Assembly (NCBI RefSeq): GCF_006345805.1
Contig: NC_042998.1
Coordinates: 81,964,001-82,028,000 of the forward strand
Source: Octopus sinensis
Lineage: Eukaryota
Reading direction: 5' to 3'
Length of the DNA: 64,000 bases
Every line of letters begins with the position of its first letter. Position 1 is the first letter of the stretch. A model generated the notes under the pieces. That model saw nothing but the letters and a program-made list of their open reading frames with translations, was not told where the DNA came from and made no database searches. A program made the position numbers and the translations under genes. Shown piece by piece: positions 1 to 13,086 of the stretch.

Positions 1-2070
1 AAATCCATGTACTGTCTTTAGTAGTGTTTCTAACTGTTTATTATTCGTAGCGTATAGTGTTAGGTCATCCATATATAAAAGGTTGCTGATTGTTTTGCCG
101 TAAAATTTGTATCCGCATCCAGTTCTATTTAGCATATCTCTTAAAGGTGTCAGTGCCAAGCAGAAAAGGAGTGGAGAAAGCGTGTCTCCTTGGAATATTC
201 CTCCTCTAATGTTTCTTCCTCTTTTGTTTGGAGTTGTAGCACTGTCTGCTGTTTATTCATAGAGTATCTTATGTATTTTATAATCATTGGTGCTACCTTG
301 TTCATGGCTAGTGTTTCGAGGATCCACCGGTGGGGAATACTATCAAACGCCTTTCGGTAGTTGATTCAGGCCCCACTGATGCCTTTCTTCTTTCTGCGAC
401 TATCTTCAGTTATAGCTTTATTGATCATTAATTGATTTTTACAGTTGTATGAGCCCTTGCAGCATCCCTTTTGCTTTTCTGGAAACAGGTTGTTTTCTTC
501 CAGATACTTGCTCAATCCCTGCGATATTATCGATAGTAAAGATAGTAAAGACTTTATAAATTGTAGGGAGACAGGTTATTGGTCTGTAATTTTGTGGGTT
601 TGCCATATCAGTGGATTTGCGAATTAGGATAGTTTTCCCTTTTGTAAGTCATTCAGGCATTGTCTCTGGGTCTTCTAGTATGTTGTTAAAAATTTCAGCC
701 ATCTTTTTGTGTGTTCCTGTCAGATATTTTAAACAGAAGTTGGCGATCTCCTTGTGCCTAGGTGTCTTCCAGTTGCTTAGTCTTTGCAGTGCCTGGGTGA
801 CCTCTTCAGTTGATATAGGGGTCCAGAGTTGTTTAGGTGCTAATTTCGTTATTTTAATAGTCCTTTTCTGAGGTTGTTCCTGCACCCACCATATTTCTTT
901 CCAAAATTCTTCCACTTCTTCTGCTGTTGGTGCCAAGTTCTGTTTTTGCCAAGTTCCTGGTGGAATCTTTGGGGGTTGGAGCTGAACTGTTTGTTTTGTT
1001 CAAAGAAAAGCTGGCGTTTCTCATACCGGTCTTTGCACAGTATTTTTGTTTTCTCTTGTTGCTTCAATTTCGTTAAGAATTGACAGATCTTTTCTCTTAT
1101 ATTTTGGATATTATTTATCCACAGGGTTTGTTTGGAAGGTGGTACTCCTGTTCGGGTGGGTTTGAGGGAGTATCCAGCTTCTTTTGTGGCTGCAGTAGCT
1201 GCTGCATATATTATATCATTTAGCTCAGTAATAGTGACATTTGTTTCTGTGGCTATTAGTTCCGTGTCGGCCAGGTTCATGCTATATATTATTGATGTGG
1301 TTTTATTGTCTATTTTAACTGTTGGTAGGTTTAATCAGTGATCCATTATGAGATCTGTGGTTTTCAGTTCTTTGATTATGCTCATTTTTATAGTATCATA
1401 ATCATTAAATTCCCCTTCACTTCTTCCAGGTTTTAGATTTGTTTCACCTTGCTTCGCATTCATATGTTTGTCTTTGGTGTTCTGAATTAGTGCTTTTTGC
1501 ACATTACTATAACTTCCTACGGTCTGGTTTTGTTGTCTTTTGTTGTATACTTCGCTTTTGTTGGAAATGTTACGTCTGTGTTCGTGTTTTACTATCTCAG
1601 TGTTTATATTATTTGCCATTGCTGTGTGGCTACAATGTACATTTTCATGATGTATTTTTCCTTCTAAATGTTCTATTTCTATTTCTGATATATGTTTTTG
1701 TTTTGAGAATATACCTTCGTAAGTTAGCTGGTTTATTAGGGTTCATAGCTATATCCAAGTCTTTATTTAGGTTATTTTTCTTCCAGATTTTATATGTATA
1801 TGTTGTTTTCATTCTTTGGGTAAAACACTACTGTAAAATATGCGTGTAGGATTGAAATATATTCCTCACGTGTCAGTTTATGCCTTTTTGGTTATATTTG
1901 CGAGACATGAGGAACAAAGTCCGGCCCTTTATTTTGACGGTCATCATTTTGGTAGGTTACCGGTCCGTTTATTTCTGTCGTTAAACTGTTTTGCACGTGT
2001 AGTTTTTCGTACTTTTTGTGTAACAAGTTTAAAGTACGCACTTTCCGATTGTTATTCTTGGGTTGAATAT
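1..2070 (-). mobile_element. R4/Dong-clade (RLE-type) non-LTR retrotransposon, N-terminal region and RT, frameshifted; runs off the left edge
   Basis: Minus-strand translation gives ISNLLYMDDL (~61-90), GIFQGDTLSPLLFCLALTPL (~140-210), DYRKAFDS, EEFWKEIW..LSNWKTP (ORF 649-936) and an N-terminal EEYISILHAYF..ANLRRYILK. The 5' end abuts an (AAT)n/(AAG)n tract. Confidence 0.9.
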
Positions 2071-2085
2071 TACTATTATTATCAT

Positions 2086-2107
2086 TCTTCTTCTTCTTCT
2101 TCTTCTT

Positions 2108-2138
<31 letters not shown>

Positions 2139-2162
2139 TTATTATTATTATTATTATTATTA

Positions 2163-2197
<35 letters not shown>

Positions 2198-2211
2198 TAT
2201 TATTATTATTA

Positions 2212-2253
<42 letters not shown>

Positions 2254-2264
2254 TATTATTATTA

Positions 2265-2315
<51 letters not shown>
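2086..2315. repeat. Compound (TCT)n-(TTA)n microsatellite
   Basis: Directly visible. Confidence 0.97.
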
Positions 2316-2317
<2 letters not shown>

Positions 2318-2751
2318 CAAGTGTGACATATATTGCTAGTGCTTGTGATAATCTTTCGCAGAAAGAGTAGAAGCATAGACACGACAACTTAGCCCGAAAT
2401 TTTCACTGAAAGAGAAAGAAAGAGACAAGAGTGATATATATATATATGCAGACCTGAGAATTGAGATCGCTAAGATGTAGTAGCTACGAGAGCCAAACAT
2501 GAATGTTGTCCCCGTTGTCATCGGAGCACTGGGTTCAATACCACTCATCCTGAGCAAACATTTTGGAACTTTAGAAATATCCTACAATCTAGGTGTATTG
2601 CAAGCCTTGGCATTAGATGGAATTGCACGCATCTTTCGTATAGTACTGTCTGTTTGAGGTCCCTGTTGTGACTTGACAGACAGTAGAAATCCCCGGTGGA
2701 CACAATATCTTCAGTCAACAACATGACGATATTGGATACTGTGCGTCGTCT

Positions 2752-2753
<2 letters not shown>
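2316..2753 (+). mobile_element. 3' fragment of an R4/Dong-type LINE (zinc-knuckle/RHD and RLE remnants, internally deleted) with (AAT)n tail
   Basis: Plus-strand VTYIASAC..QKE*KHRHDN, then YADLRIEIAKM*..NVVPVVIGALGSIP..RIVLSV*, a short 3' UTR, and an AAT tail from 2754. Confidence 0.8.
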
Positions 2754-2805
<52 letters not shown>

Positions 2806-2808
2806 GTG

Positions 2809-2900
<92 letters not shown>

Positions 2901-2909
2901 AAGAAGAAG

Positions 2910-2942
<33 letters not shown>

Positions 2943-2975
2943 AATAATAATTATAATATTAATGATGATGATTAT
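2754..2975. repeat. Compound (AAT)n-(AAG)n-(AAC)n microsatellite (LINE tail)
   Basis: Directly visible. Confidence 0.95.
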
Positions 2976-3190
2976 GATAGTTTCAAATTTTGTCACTATG
3001 GCAACATTTTTGGGAGGGTATAAGTCGATTACATCGACTCCAGTGTTTCGCCTGTCCTAAACTTATCGACTCCGAAATGATGAAGGGCAAAGTCGACACC
3101 GGCAGAATTTGAACTCAGAAGGTAGCGACGGGCAAAATACCTCTAAGCATTTCGTCCAGCGTGCTAACGATACTGCAAGTTCACCGTCTT
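2976..3190 (-). mobile_element. tRNA-derived SINE family B (tail type 1)
   Basis: Reverse strand has an A-box-like GCAGTATCGTTAGCACG, B box GAGTTCAAATTC and core GTCGACTTTGCCCTTCATC. Homologous to 45681-45910 and 61790-62005. Confidence 0.85.
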
Positions 3191-3191
3191 G

Positions 3192-3280
<89 letters not shown>

Positions 3281-4890
3281 AATGATTAGGATGACAATGT
3301 TGAAAATATTATAAATAGATTACGTTACTATGTTTCCAGATCGTTTTGTAATTGCGAGACACTTGGAAATATCTTTTATGGCGTATAATGGACTTCGGAC
3401 AGCGTTATAGTCTCATTCATTATAACTATAGGCATAAATGTTACGGTGATTGATACCATAACAATGTCAGGTATGCTTTATTGGTCTTCGAAGTTATTTA
3501 CTAGTATGATGCAATCTCTAACTGGCGCAATCTCTATTATATATATATGTGTGTGTGTGTGTGTTAGAGATTGCGTCATAGAAGTAAATAGCTTTGAAGA
3601 CTAATAACGCACGCCTGATATTGTTATCTGTAACCCGTTGAAGCTCTGTTCATCCTGATGAAGTCGTCATCGCCTAAGATGCGTATAGCGTGCATCGAGG
3701 CAACGGCAATGAACTCTCGAAATGGTCATAGATGTTGGATGTTAAATTGGAATGATTCGCAACTGTATTGTCTTTTACATTTTATATATAATTTTCATAG
3801 TTGGGTATAATTTCATTTTATATTCCTTAAATTTTTAGTCGATTAACTTATTGTAATAATCTTTTTTAGATAATTTTTAGTCGGTTTTTATATACGTCTT
3901 CTGTGTAGGTCGTGTGAATTTTATATATTTTTTATATATGATTTTTACCTGGCGTTTGGGTCTTCGACATTGGAAAGCCAAGGTATCATTTATATGTAAT
4001 AAATTGTAGAAACGTGGATATATAAAGTTCGTTAACCTGAATTCAATGTTTGTTTTTAAATTATTTTATTGATATGTGTCTCTGTCTCAATATCGTTTGA
4101 GCATTTCACTCCTGCAGTCCTAGGAATATTCGTCTTTTTCAATCGACACACACACATACACACAGATATATATATATATATATATATATATGCAATATAG
4201 TTATAAGCATAACAGTTATTATTAATTCTAATGAAATATGTATAAGGTAGCGTAACTGAATAATTCATGCAGTGAAGTTCATATTTTGTTTTCCAAAATA
4301 CATTCTGTGATGTTTATAACTATGAAAGCCAGTGAAATGAAACTTAATTACGACCAGCTTTTTCGTCGCGGCATTTTCAGTTGAAATTTAATAATGCACT
4401 TGGATTTCTAAATACTAATTATATATCATACAATTAAAAATTTAAATAGCAGTATTTAATTGTATAATGCATATAAATCTAATCTATTCTCACTCCCATA
4501 CATACTTTTGTATGTGTGTATGTATATATATATATGTATGTATGTACGTATGTATGCATGCTTCTATGTATGTATGAAAGTATATATATATATATATATA
4601 TATATCCGTGTGTATTTTATGTATGCGTGTGTACCCACACGCGTGTGTACATGCGTATGTGTGTTTGTGTGCGTGCGTGTGTGTGTGTGTGTCGTGTGTC
4701 TGTGTGTGTCATGTGTTTGTGTGCGCCTGTGTGTGTATGTATCCGGAATATGCCATTCATAGATCAAGCAAAATCGTTGTTCAAACATGTATAAAACATT
4801 ATGTGCATAAAACACAAATTATTTTATTAGTATCAAGTGATACCTTACTAGTGGTAGTAATGACATTAATACGCATACATACATATATAA

Positions 4891-4921
<31 letters not shown>

Positions 4922-4955
4922 AATACATACATACATACATATATAAATACATACA

Positions 4956-4989
<34 letters not shown>

Positions 4990-5944
4990 CATACATACAT
5001 ACATGCATATATACAGTGTCCTACGCGATGGTAGCGAGCTCCTCAGGAAGCACTCTTTTGGTGATGGCCTCCCATACAACCCCAAATCAACCGTAATAAC
5101 ATACTTCAAAGAAGAGCTGGATCTGAAACATAGAAATATCGACATGACGCGAAACCGTTCTTGGACTCGTGACCGCTACTTCGATGGCTAGGCATTTGCA
5201 ATTCAAGTACTGGAGATTGCTACTAAATACCTAATAAACAAAAGTGACAGTGACAATCTTGGAGCTCCAAGATGCAACCAAGAATAAAGATTATGTTATA
5301 TTTCTGTTGAAGACACCACGCGTGATTAGCAGCTGCCCAAGTATTAAATCAGGGTACTACATCCGTACGCGACACGACGTTGTCAAAACAAAAGCAAAAA
5401 AAAAAAGAAAAAAAAAAGACAATGTACAATGCCATTAGGCAAAAACACTGTCCTGGAATAAATATAGAGAATCCCCCAATCATCAACACAAGGAAACTTG
5501 ACCGGATATTGTTGTTTGGGGCAGAGAAGTAACTGCATGTGCCGTAATAGAGGTTTAGCTGCCATGCTAATGTGAATATCTGCTTGAAAATCAAAAAAAC
5601 AAAAAGGATTACTAGGAACAACTGTTTCGAGACCTCCTGCTTCTATAACCTGGTTATAAATTCACATCTATACCAAAATTGAGTGCTCTTGGTTTTGCAA
5701 ATAAATGTCTAAGTGACAATATGGATAAGCTAAGGTTTTCAGATATAGGAAATCAACCAACAAACTCGCATATTACAAATGCAATCTGTAAGTGAAAAAG
5801 TAAAAATATGCAAGACTTCCTGAGTTTAAAATGTGACATTGTTTTTGTGACGCTCCTGCGATGGATCTGTGTGCCTTTGTTACAGATTAGCCCCATCCCG
5901 AGAGGGAGACGTTAAATAATTAAACTCAGAAGAGAACCTATGCA

Positions 5945-5952
5945 TACATACA

Positions 5953-6039
<87 letters not shown>

Positions 6040-6230
6040 ATCTCTCTCTATATATATATATATACATCCTATACACATGTATATATACATATATACTTAT
6101 ATGTATATGCATGTGTGTATATAGTCAAACACATATCATATGTATATACATATATATATATATGTGTGTGCGTGTGTGTGTTTGTGTGTGTATGCGTGCG
6201 TGCGTGGGTATGTGTGTGTGTGTGACTAGT
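5945..6230. repeat. (TCTA)n, (TA)n and (TG)n microsatellite cluster
   Basis: Directly visible. Confidence 0.9.
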
Positions 6231-6239
6231 GGTTAGACG

Positions 6240-8662
6240 TCCATACAAATCAAAAGTTATAGCTAAAATCAGTAAAAAAAATTGTAAAAGACACAGGAGT
6301 ATATTTTAGAGAATGTTTAATGAAATATAACCGGTTTCGATGTATCCATCTTAACAAATAGTTGAAATATTAGAAAGAATTTTGGTTGGTCAGAAAGAAA
6401 AGACATTTTGGGGTGGGATTAACAGTCTATACCCATATTTGAGAACTCAAGGAAATTTTACTTTGGTCTGTCCCCTATAAATTTTTTGTCTCTGTAGATT
6501 TGGAGTAAGGTTCAAGAGTTCAAGTTTAAGGAAGTTTTTGGAATTGAATGGGAAGATTCTTATTCCTGGTGCGTGTGTTTGTGTGTGCATGTGTGCATGT
6601 GTGTGTGTGTGAGTGTGTGTGTGTGTGTGTGAGTGTTTGGAATCTATTGTCAAAAACATTTTCCTTTTTTTCTTTATCTATTCAGAGAAAATGGTTGAAT
6701 GTTTTTTTATGGATGGTTATTCAGAAAATTAAGATTGACTTATTTGTCATTTGTTTTGGTCTGTGTGTGTGTGTATGTGTGTGTGTGTATGTGCGTGTGT
6801 TTGGGATATATTGTCAAAGTATTTTTCTTTTATCTTTTTTCTATTGAGAGGATGTGGTCAGTAGTTCTGTCCAACTGAGTGCGTGTGTGTTCTTTTGTCT
6901 GTGAATTGTGTCTTCATATGTGTTGTTTTTGTTTTTTGGGAATATGTTTTATATATTGTGGTATCTATGTTTTGAATTGGGGGGGGATGCTTTTGTGTGT
7001 GTATGTTATCGTGGTGTGGGTATGAGTGTGTGTATAAGATCGTCATTTGTTAATTCATTGTGGGTGTTTAGATATTTATTTGTGGTTTTAAATTTCTTAA
7101 AGATTTACGCGTGTGTGTTTGTTTGTTTTTGTAGTGTATGTTTTATTTTGTTTGTGTGGGTATATATAATTAGTGCACAAGTGTGTTTTCTATTTTTCTG
7201 ATGGTATATGTGTGCATATGTATGTGTGTCTTTTCTATTTTCTGGAAACATGTTCTGTAATTTGTGGTGAGGGGGTTTATGTTGTGTTCTTTTAGTTTTC
7301 TGGAGATGTTTTATGAGTTTGTGTATGTGTATATGTATGTGTGTGCTATGGCGGTGTGTGTGTTTTATTTTCTGTTTTGTTTTGCTATATGTTTGGTTTA
7401 ATGGTAAACCTTCGTATGTGTGTGTGTTATTTTAGTATGCGTTATTGTGGTGTGTTTTGTAGTGTGTGTTTAGTTTTATGGGAATGTTTTGCGTGTGTGT
7501 TATTGTGGTGTGTGTGAGGGCGTGTGTGCATGTGACATGTCCTTAATTATTGATTAATGCTGGGGGTTTCGATATCTAGTTGTGGTTCACATTTGTAGAT
7601 ACATTGTTTTTCCTTGATTATTCCCTGTTGTTGGGTTAAAGAGTCCGAGAATTTGTAGTATGGAGAGATTTTAAAATTGGACATGGTCATTCCCGCATAG
7701 TTTGCAATATGACCACTTTGGGGAAAACATCCTTGTGCTCTCATCCCAGATGTGTTGGCGGTGTATCGTCATTCTTATGCGTAATGAAACACCCGTCTGT
7801 TCCATGTAGTTTTGTGGGCATCCAACACATGCTATTGTGTAAATTAGATTTTCGGAGTTACAGGTAGAGTTTATTTTTACTTTAAATGTTTCTCCTTTAA
7901 ATTTGAATTTTGATCCTTCTATTAAGAACAAGCAGGTTCTACAATTTGTTCTTCCACATTTTGTCACAGTTGGATTTGGGATTCATTTATACATTATTTT
8001 TCAGTTAGGATTTGTTTGAGTGTTATGGGATGCCCTTTACTTTTGATGATTTGGTAAGTTTCCAGAACTTTTTTCATTTTTTTCATTTCAAGTAAAATGG
8101 GGAGGTTTCTGTAAATGAGCTCAAATATTTCAGAGTCCCTAGGATTGAATATTGACACATATGTTAAAATATGTTTCTTTATTTTGGTTTTCGTTTTCCT
8201 TAGTTCCTGGGTATCAACATGTTTTAGCTCCGTCCATTCCCACTAGGCGATTAAGCCTAGTGGCAATCCTCTTTGAATGTGTATATTTTGAAGTTCTTCT
8301 CATCTTTGTTCATGTTTAGAGGGGTCTGACACTATTGTACAAATTTGTTTTACTAGACTAAACGAAATATTCAGCTTGGTGTGTTTAGGAGGACATAATG
8401 TGAATAGAAGGTACTGCTTGGTGCCCGTGCGTTTATAGACTATACACTCCATATACAAGTCAAGATTAATTGGAAGAGGTACCAAGAAGATTGCTTTACC
8501 TTATGGCAGGGAAAGCTGGATGCAATCACACGATTCAAAAATTTGCTGAACAACTTAAACAACAACGTCCAATTTACAATGGTTTTTAACACCAAGAAAC
8601 TTTGCCTTCCTGGACATTTTAATCACCAACAAGGATGGGAAAGTAGAAATGGACATATTCGA
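6240..8662 (-). mobile_element. Penelope-like element 1 (Cys-rich RT-EN linker, GIY-YIG), 5'-truncated with an inverted 5' segment
   Basis: ORF 7671-7967: KCGRTNCRTC..NLIYTIACVGC..NY..QT..LRIRMTIHRQHI (GIY-YIG-like). ORF 8300-8485: YKRTGTKQYLLF..KHTKLNISFSL (RT thumb). Plus-strand NWKRYQEDCF..FLDIL at 8440-8662. CA-rich 3' region at 6560-7530. Confidence 0.85.
6323..6363 (-). ncRNA. Decayed minimal hammerhead ribozyme at the PLE1 3' end
   Basis: Reverse strand: aactat TTGTTAA gatg-gata-catc GAAA CCGG TT atattt. Spacing, stem II and the palindromic stem III are correct, but the CUGAUGA core has 3 mismatches. Confidence 0.45.
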
Positions 8663-9639
8663 TATTCCGGCAGCGGAGGTTAAACAAGTAGTAACATGAA
8701 TCAACCACATTGATGTGGTGATTATCATTACTTGTTAGTATAGTTACTATTCTCATCTCTTATTGAGATTTTAAAACTAGTTATTTTGCTTGTTGCATAT
8801 CAGTGACTGATGGTCGCTTTGTTGCTAGCTGGAGCGGAATCTGGTCATCTCTCAGGCGACCAGGTGTTCGCGACGGATAATGTGCAACTAGCTGGAAACC
8901 GAATCGGTCTCGCTATCTTGTTGTCTGCTGGAATATTGTAGGGGTTCGCTCCGCTGCTGGCAATATATATGCACAAGATCCAGTGCTGCACAGTTAACTA
9001 GCTGGTGGAAGATTTGCTTCGATTTAAACTAGTAGTAGCATAGAATAGCCACATTAATGTGGCGATGATGGTTAGTAGCTATATCACTCTTGTATGAACT
9101 CGAAAGTAAGGTCTCGAGACCGTGAAGTAGAGTGGAATAATATTTATAGAAAGCAATCTTGTATGTGTCGAGCCACTGACTATTTTTCTTTCACAGAACA
9201 CTGGTCATTGACCTGGTGGTACCTGAGCTTTTGTTATATATACATCGAATGAGTCCGTTTATGAAAATACCGAAGAAAACTTCATGAGAATAATTTGAAG
9301 CTGAACGTGAGGATTTGTGTAAATATGAGCATTATGAAAAATTATAAAACAAATTTATTAAAATTCAACCTACAAAAACTGAAATGAATTATTAAAATTT
9401 CTATTGAAAAACATCTGTAGAGAAGATGAATTTCTATTGAAATCATCGCTGATAAAGCTTTTAAATCAAAATGCTGAGAGAAATTTCTATGAAATTTCCC
9501 TGTGGTAAATTTACTAATGCAGACAGGTGTGCAAATATGTCAACGTTGAATGGAAGGATGTGTGAAGAATCTGTGATTTGATGTTATTATAATTACTATT
9601 GTTGCTAATATTACTGTTGATGGTGTAGTTGTTCTGTTG

Positions 9640-9641
9640 TC

Positions 9642-9734
<93 letters not shown>

Positions 9735-9853
9735 CATTATTATTATTATTATTATTCTGGTTGTTGATGTTGTTGTTATTGTTATTGTTATTATTGTTAT
9801 TGCTGTTGTTATTGTTGCTATTATTATTATTATTGCTGTTGTTGTTATTGTTC

Positions 9854-9918
<65 letters not shown>

Positions 9919-9920
9919 TC
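9640..9920. repeat. (ATT)n/(GTT)n microsatellite
   Basis: Directly visible. Confidence 0.95.
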
Positions 9921-10235
9921 CTCATTATTTCATAGCTTCAGGCAAATTTCTATTGCATTTTCTGGCACGCCTCCTTGTTCCCGAGGTGTGTTCAGCATTG
10001 TTCTTGTGTTGGTGTTTAGTAAATACAGACACTTCTTGTTTTTATATTGCATCAGTTTGATTTGTTTTGGGGTTTGGCTTGAAAATTTTGTTGTATTAGT
10101 GTTTGTATTGCGTGTTGCGAATCGTATGATTCTCTTCGGTATCCATCGTGTAGGGTACATATTTTGCAAGTTGTTTATTTTAGTAGTCATTTTAATAGTC
10201 CCAAGTCGATCAAAGGCTTGTGATTGCATGTTTTA

Positions 10236-10259
10236 ACGGAAACTGAAGGAAGCCCATAG

Positions 10260-10290
<31 letters not shown>

Positions 10291-10520
10291 TTATTTTTGT
10301 ACTTTCGCTGTATTTGTTCTACGAACGCTTGGCAATCGGCACTGGTTTGTTTACGTTCGTCTACGATATTAGTTAGGCAAAATAACCGACATGATAGGCA
10401 CCAAGTTTTAAAAAGTGAATAATGATATCCGTGTTTTTTGACTAAACATTTCCAGGCAGTGCCCCAGCATGGTCGCAGTCTAGTGACTGAAATATGTAAA
10501 AGATCAAGTAAATGAAAGAC
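10236..10520 (+). mobile_element. SINE family A, 5'-truncated and diverged
   Basis: acggaaactgaaggaagccc, internal (TA)n, tail ggcagtgccccagcatggtcgcagtctagtgactgaaa. Confidence 0.75.
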
Positions 10521-10561
10521 AGATTTGTTTACTGCTTCGATTCTCAATGTCAAAAAAAGTA

Positions 10562-10621
<60 letters not shown>

Positions 10622-10751
10622 TATTTGAGACAAAACCACTATTTTGCAAAACAAACAAGGAAAGACTTAATCAATATTTTACTATAAATTGGATTTAATC
10701 CTAAATCTGATTTTTTTTCCCTGTAAATTTGGATATATTCCCTAATATTTA

Positions 10752-10817
<66 letters not shown>

Positions 10818-10831
10818 ATATATATATATAT

Positions 10832-10865
<34 letters not shown>

Positions 10866-11117
10866 TGGTAAAACGGTAAGATAACAAAAGAAAGAAAGAG
10901 ACCTCAATATTATAACCAAAGAGATGGTGTTTTGGATTTCCACTTCGGCATCCGAACTCAGAGTTCTATCTTGGCTATTGAATAATTGTCACATATTATT
11001 TTACAGATATATATATATATATATACACGCACACATACATATATATATATATATATATACATACACACACATATATTTACACACACACACGCATATATAT
11101 ATACATACAAGTATATT

Positions 11118-11150
<33 letters not shown>

Positions 11151-11756
11151 TATAATATATATATATACACATAGAGAGTTAACACTTATATGCCATTATA
11201 TTCACGTATCGACACACTTGATGCATTTAAGCTTTTCCACAATTTTCAGAACATCCATATATTTTAACTTCTGTATACTGTTTTTAGACAGTTTTTACTT
11301 TTTAAGTCACCATTTTTGTACATTTTTGCTCTCCATGTATTGGTGCACAGTTCAAGTGTAAACGTATATTCGTGTACACAAGCGCTCGTGCGCATGTATT
11401 TACATTCAATTATATTCATCTATTAGCTTATTTACGTACGCGTATGTGACCATGCTTGAAACCCTGTGAGTGCATGTTAATATGGATGTTTGCATACACT
11501 TTACAATAAAGAGCGAGGCGATGCGAGTTTATACAAGTATTGAGTATTTATTTGAGTATGGACGAATATGTGATTGTACACTGCATATATGTATATGTAT
11601 ACCTATAGAATGATTTGTTTGTACATATTTGTTTACGAATGTTAGGATGTGTACATGTGCGAGTGTGTGTGTGGATCTGTGTCTATGACTATGTATATAT
11701 GTACACGGATATACACGCCAATATACATACTTAAATTTAGATATTTATACATATGC

Positions 11757-11789
<33 letters not shown>

Positions 11790-11799
11790 GTGCATTCTT

Positions 11800-12178
11800 T
11801 TATTCTTTTATTTGTTTCAGTCATTTCACTGCGGTCATGCTGGAGCATCGCCTTTAGTCGAGCAAATCGACCCCAGGATTTATTCTTTGTAAGCCTACTA
11901 CTTATTCTATCGGTATCTATTGCCTAACCGCTAAGTTACAGGGGCGTAAACACCAGCATTGGTTGTAAAGCGATGTCGGAGGGGCAAACACAGACACAAA
12001 CACACACACACACACATTTATATACAACGGGGTACTTTAATATTACTCTACCAAATCCACTCACAAGGCTTTGGTCAGCCCGAGGCTATAGCAGAAGACA
12101 TTTGCCCAAGGTGCCACGCAATGGGACTGAACGCGGAACCATGTGGTCGGGAACCAAGCTACTTACCACACAGCCACT
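11800..12178 (-). mobile_element. tRNA-derived SINE family A
   Basis: Reverse complement matches the 15755-16170 copy: head GGCTGTGTGGTAAGTAGC, B-box-like GTTCAGTCCCA, internal CA tract, and the same tail. Confidence 0.9.
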
Positions 12179-12189
12179 ATATATATATA

Positions 12190-12225
<36 letters not shown>

Positions 12226-12229
<4 letters not shown>

Positions 12230-12426
12230 TATAATTATGAGTATAATTATAATTAGGGTTCAGCAAAAATTTGCTTCACCATATATTTATTTCACACATT
12301 TGCTGTCTGGGAGATTTTCTTATGGTAGTGAAATAGTTAGTTTTAACTGGTATTTCTTAATTTCGGTATGTGGTGAAGCAAATTTTTGCTGAACCCTAAT
12401 TATAATTATACCCATAATTATAGAAT
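12226..12426. mobile_element. MITE-like element with ~60-bp near-perfect terminal inverted repeats
   Basis: attctataattatgagtataattataattagggttcagcaaaaatttgcttcacca and its reverse complement at 12367-12426 (1-2 mismatches), ~80-bp core, (TA)n context. Confidence 0.75.
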
Positions 12427-12549
12427 TTTTATATATACAGATAGTGGTTCTTTTAACATACCGAACTACTTGGTAACATTATTAATTATTAATTAATTAA
12501 TTAATTAATTTTATCCTGTATTATTATTGATATATATATATATACAACT

Positions 12550-12795
12550 TATAAGTAAGGGCTAAAGAAAATTATTTTAATGCCAATATGCTGATAACAG
12601 ACTATTAAATCGTCAATTTCCACATATAATTTACTCGCTACAAAAAAAAACCGAAGAACTGAAGTCGGGCAAGCCGGCCGTTAGAATTTTTTAAAATTCG
12701 TTATTTCTATATTGAATCAATTTCGGAATTAATCTCATAAAAGACTTATTCCTCCTCAGTAGAACTTACGAAATGATATAAATAAGATACTTACA
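12550..12795 (+). repeat. Diverged single arm related to the foldback element at 48731-49187
   Basis: Shares aagggc..aaaatt..taatgccaa(a)tatgctga, ttcgttatt..caatttcgg..ttaat and atacttac blocks. Confidence 0.55.
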
Positions 12796-13046
12796 TGCGC
12801 CCATGGAAAAAGCCGAAGTACCCCAGTTATATCTAAAATTAAAAATTCTTTGGTCAGCCTCAGTACAACATGTTGACTGTTCTCTACTACAGGTTATAGT
12901 GGTTACCAGTCCCTATAGCGAGTAGTAATAAGTCTACTACTAATATAGGATGAAGTTTTTTTCTCTCTACTTATATATATATAAGTAATAACAAAGGGGA
13001 AAATTAATTAATTAAGAAGTAATCAGTAATTTCACCAAGTAGAATT

Positions 13047-13086
<40 letters not shown>

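Noticed and set aside
3651-3735. CTGATGA...GAAATGGTC hammerhead-like motif
   Set aside because: Stem II base and stem I do not pair in register; at most a very decayed remnant.
12795-12832. Minus-strand 38-nt exon-like segment with strong splice signals
   Set aside because: The donor coincides with the atacttac block of the foldback-related repeat; no supporting neighbours.
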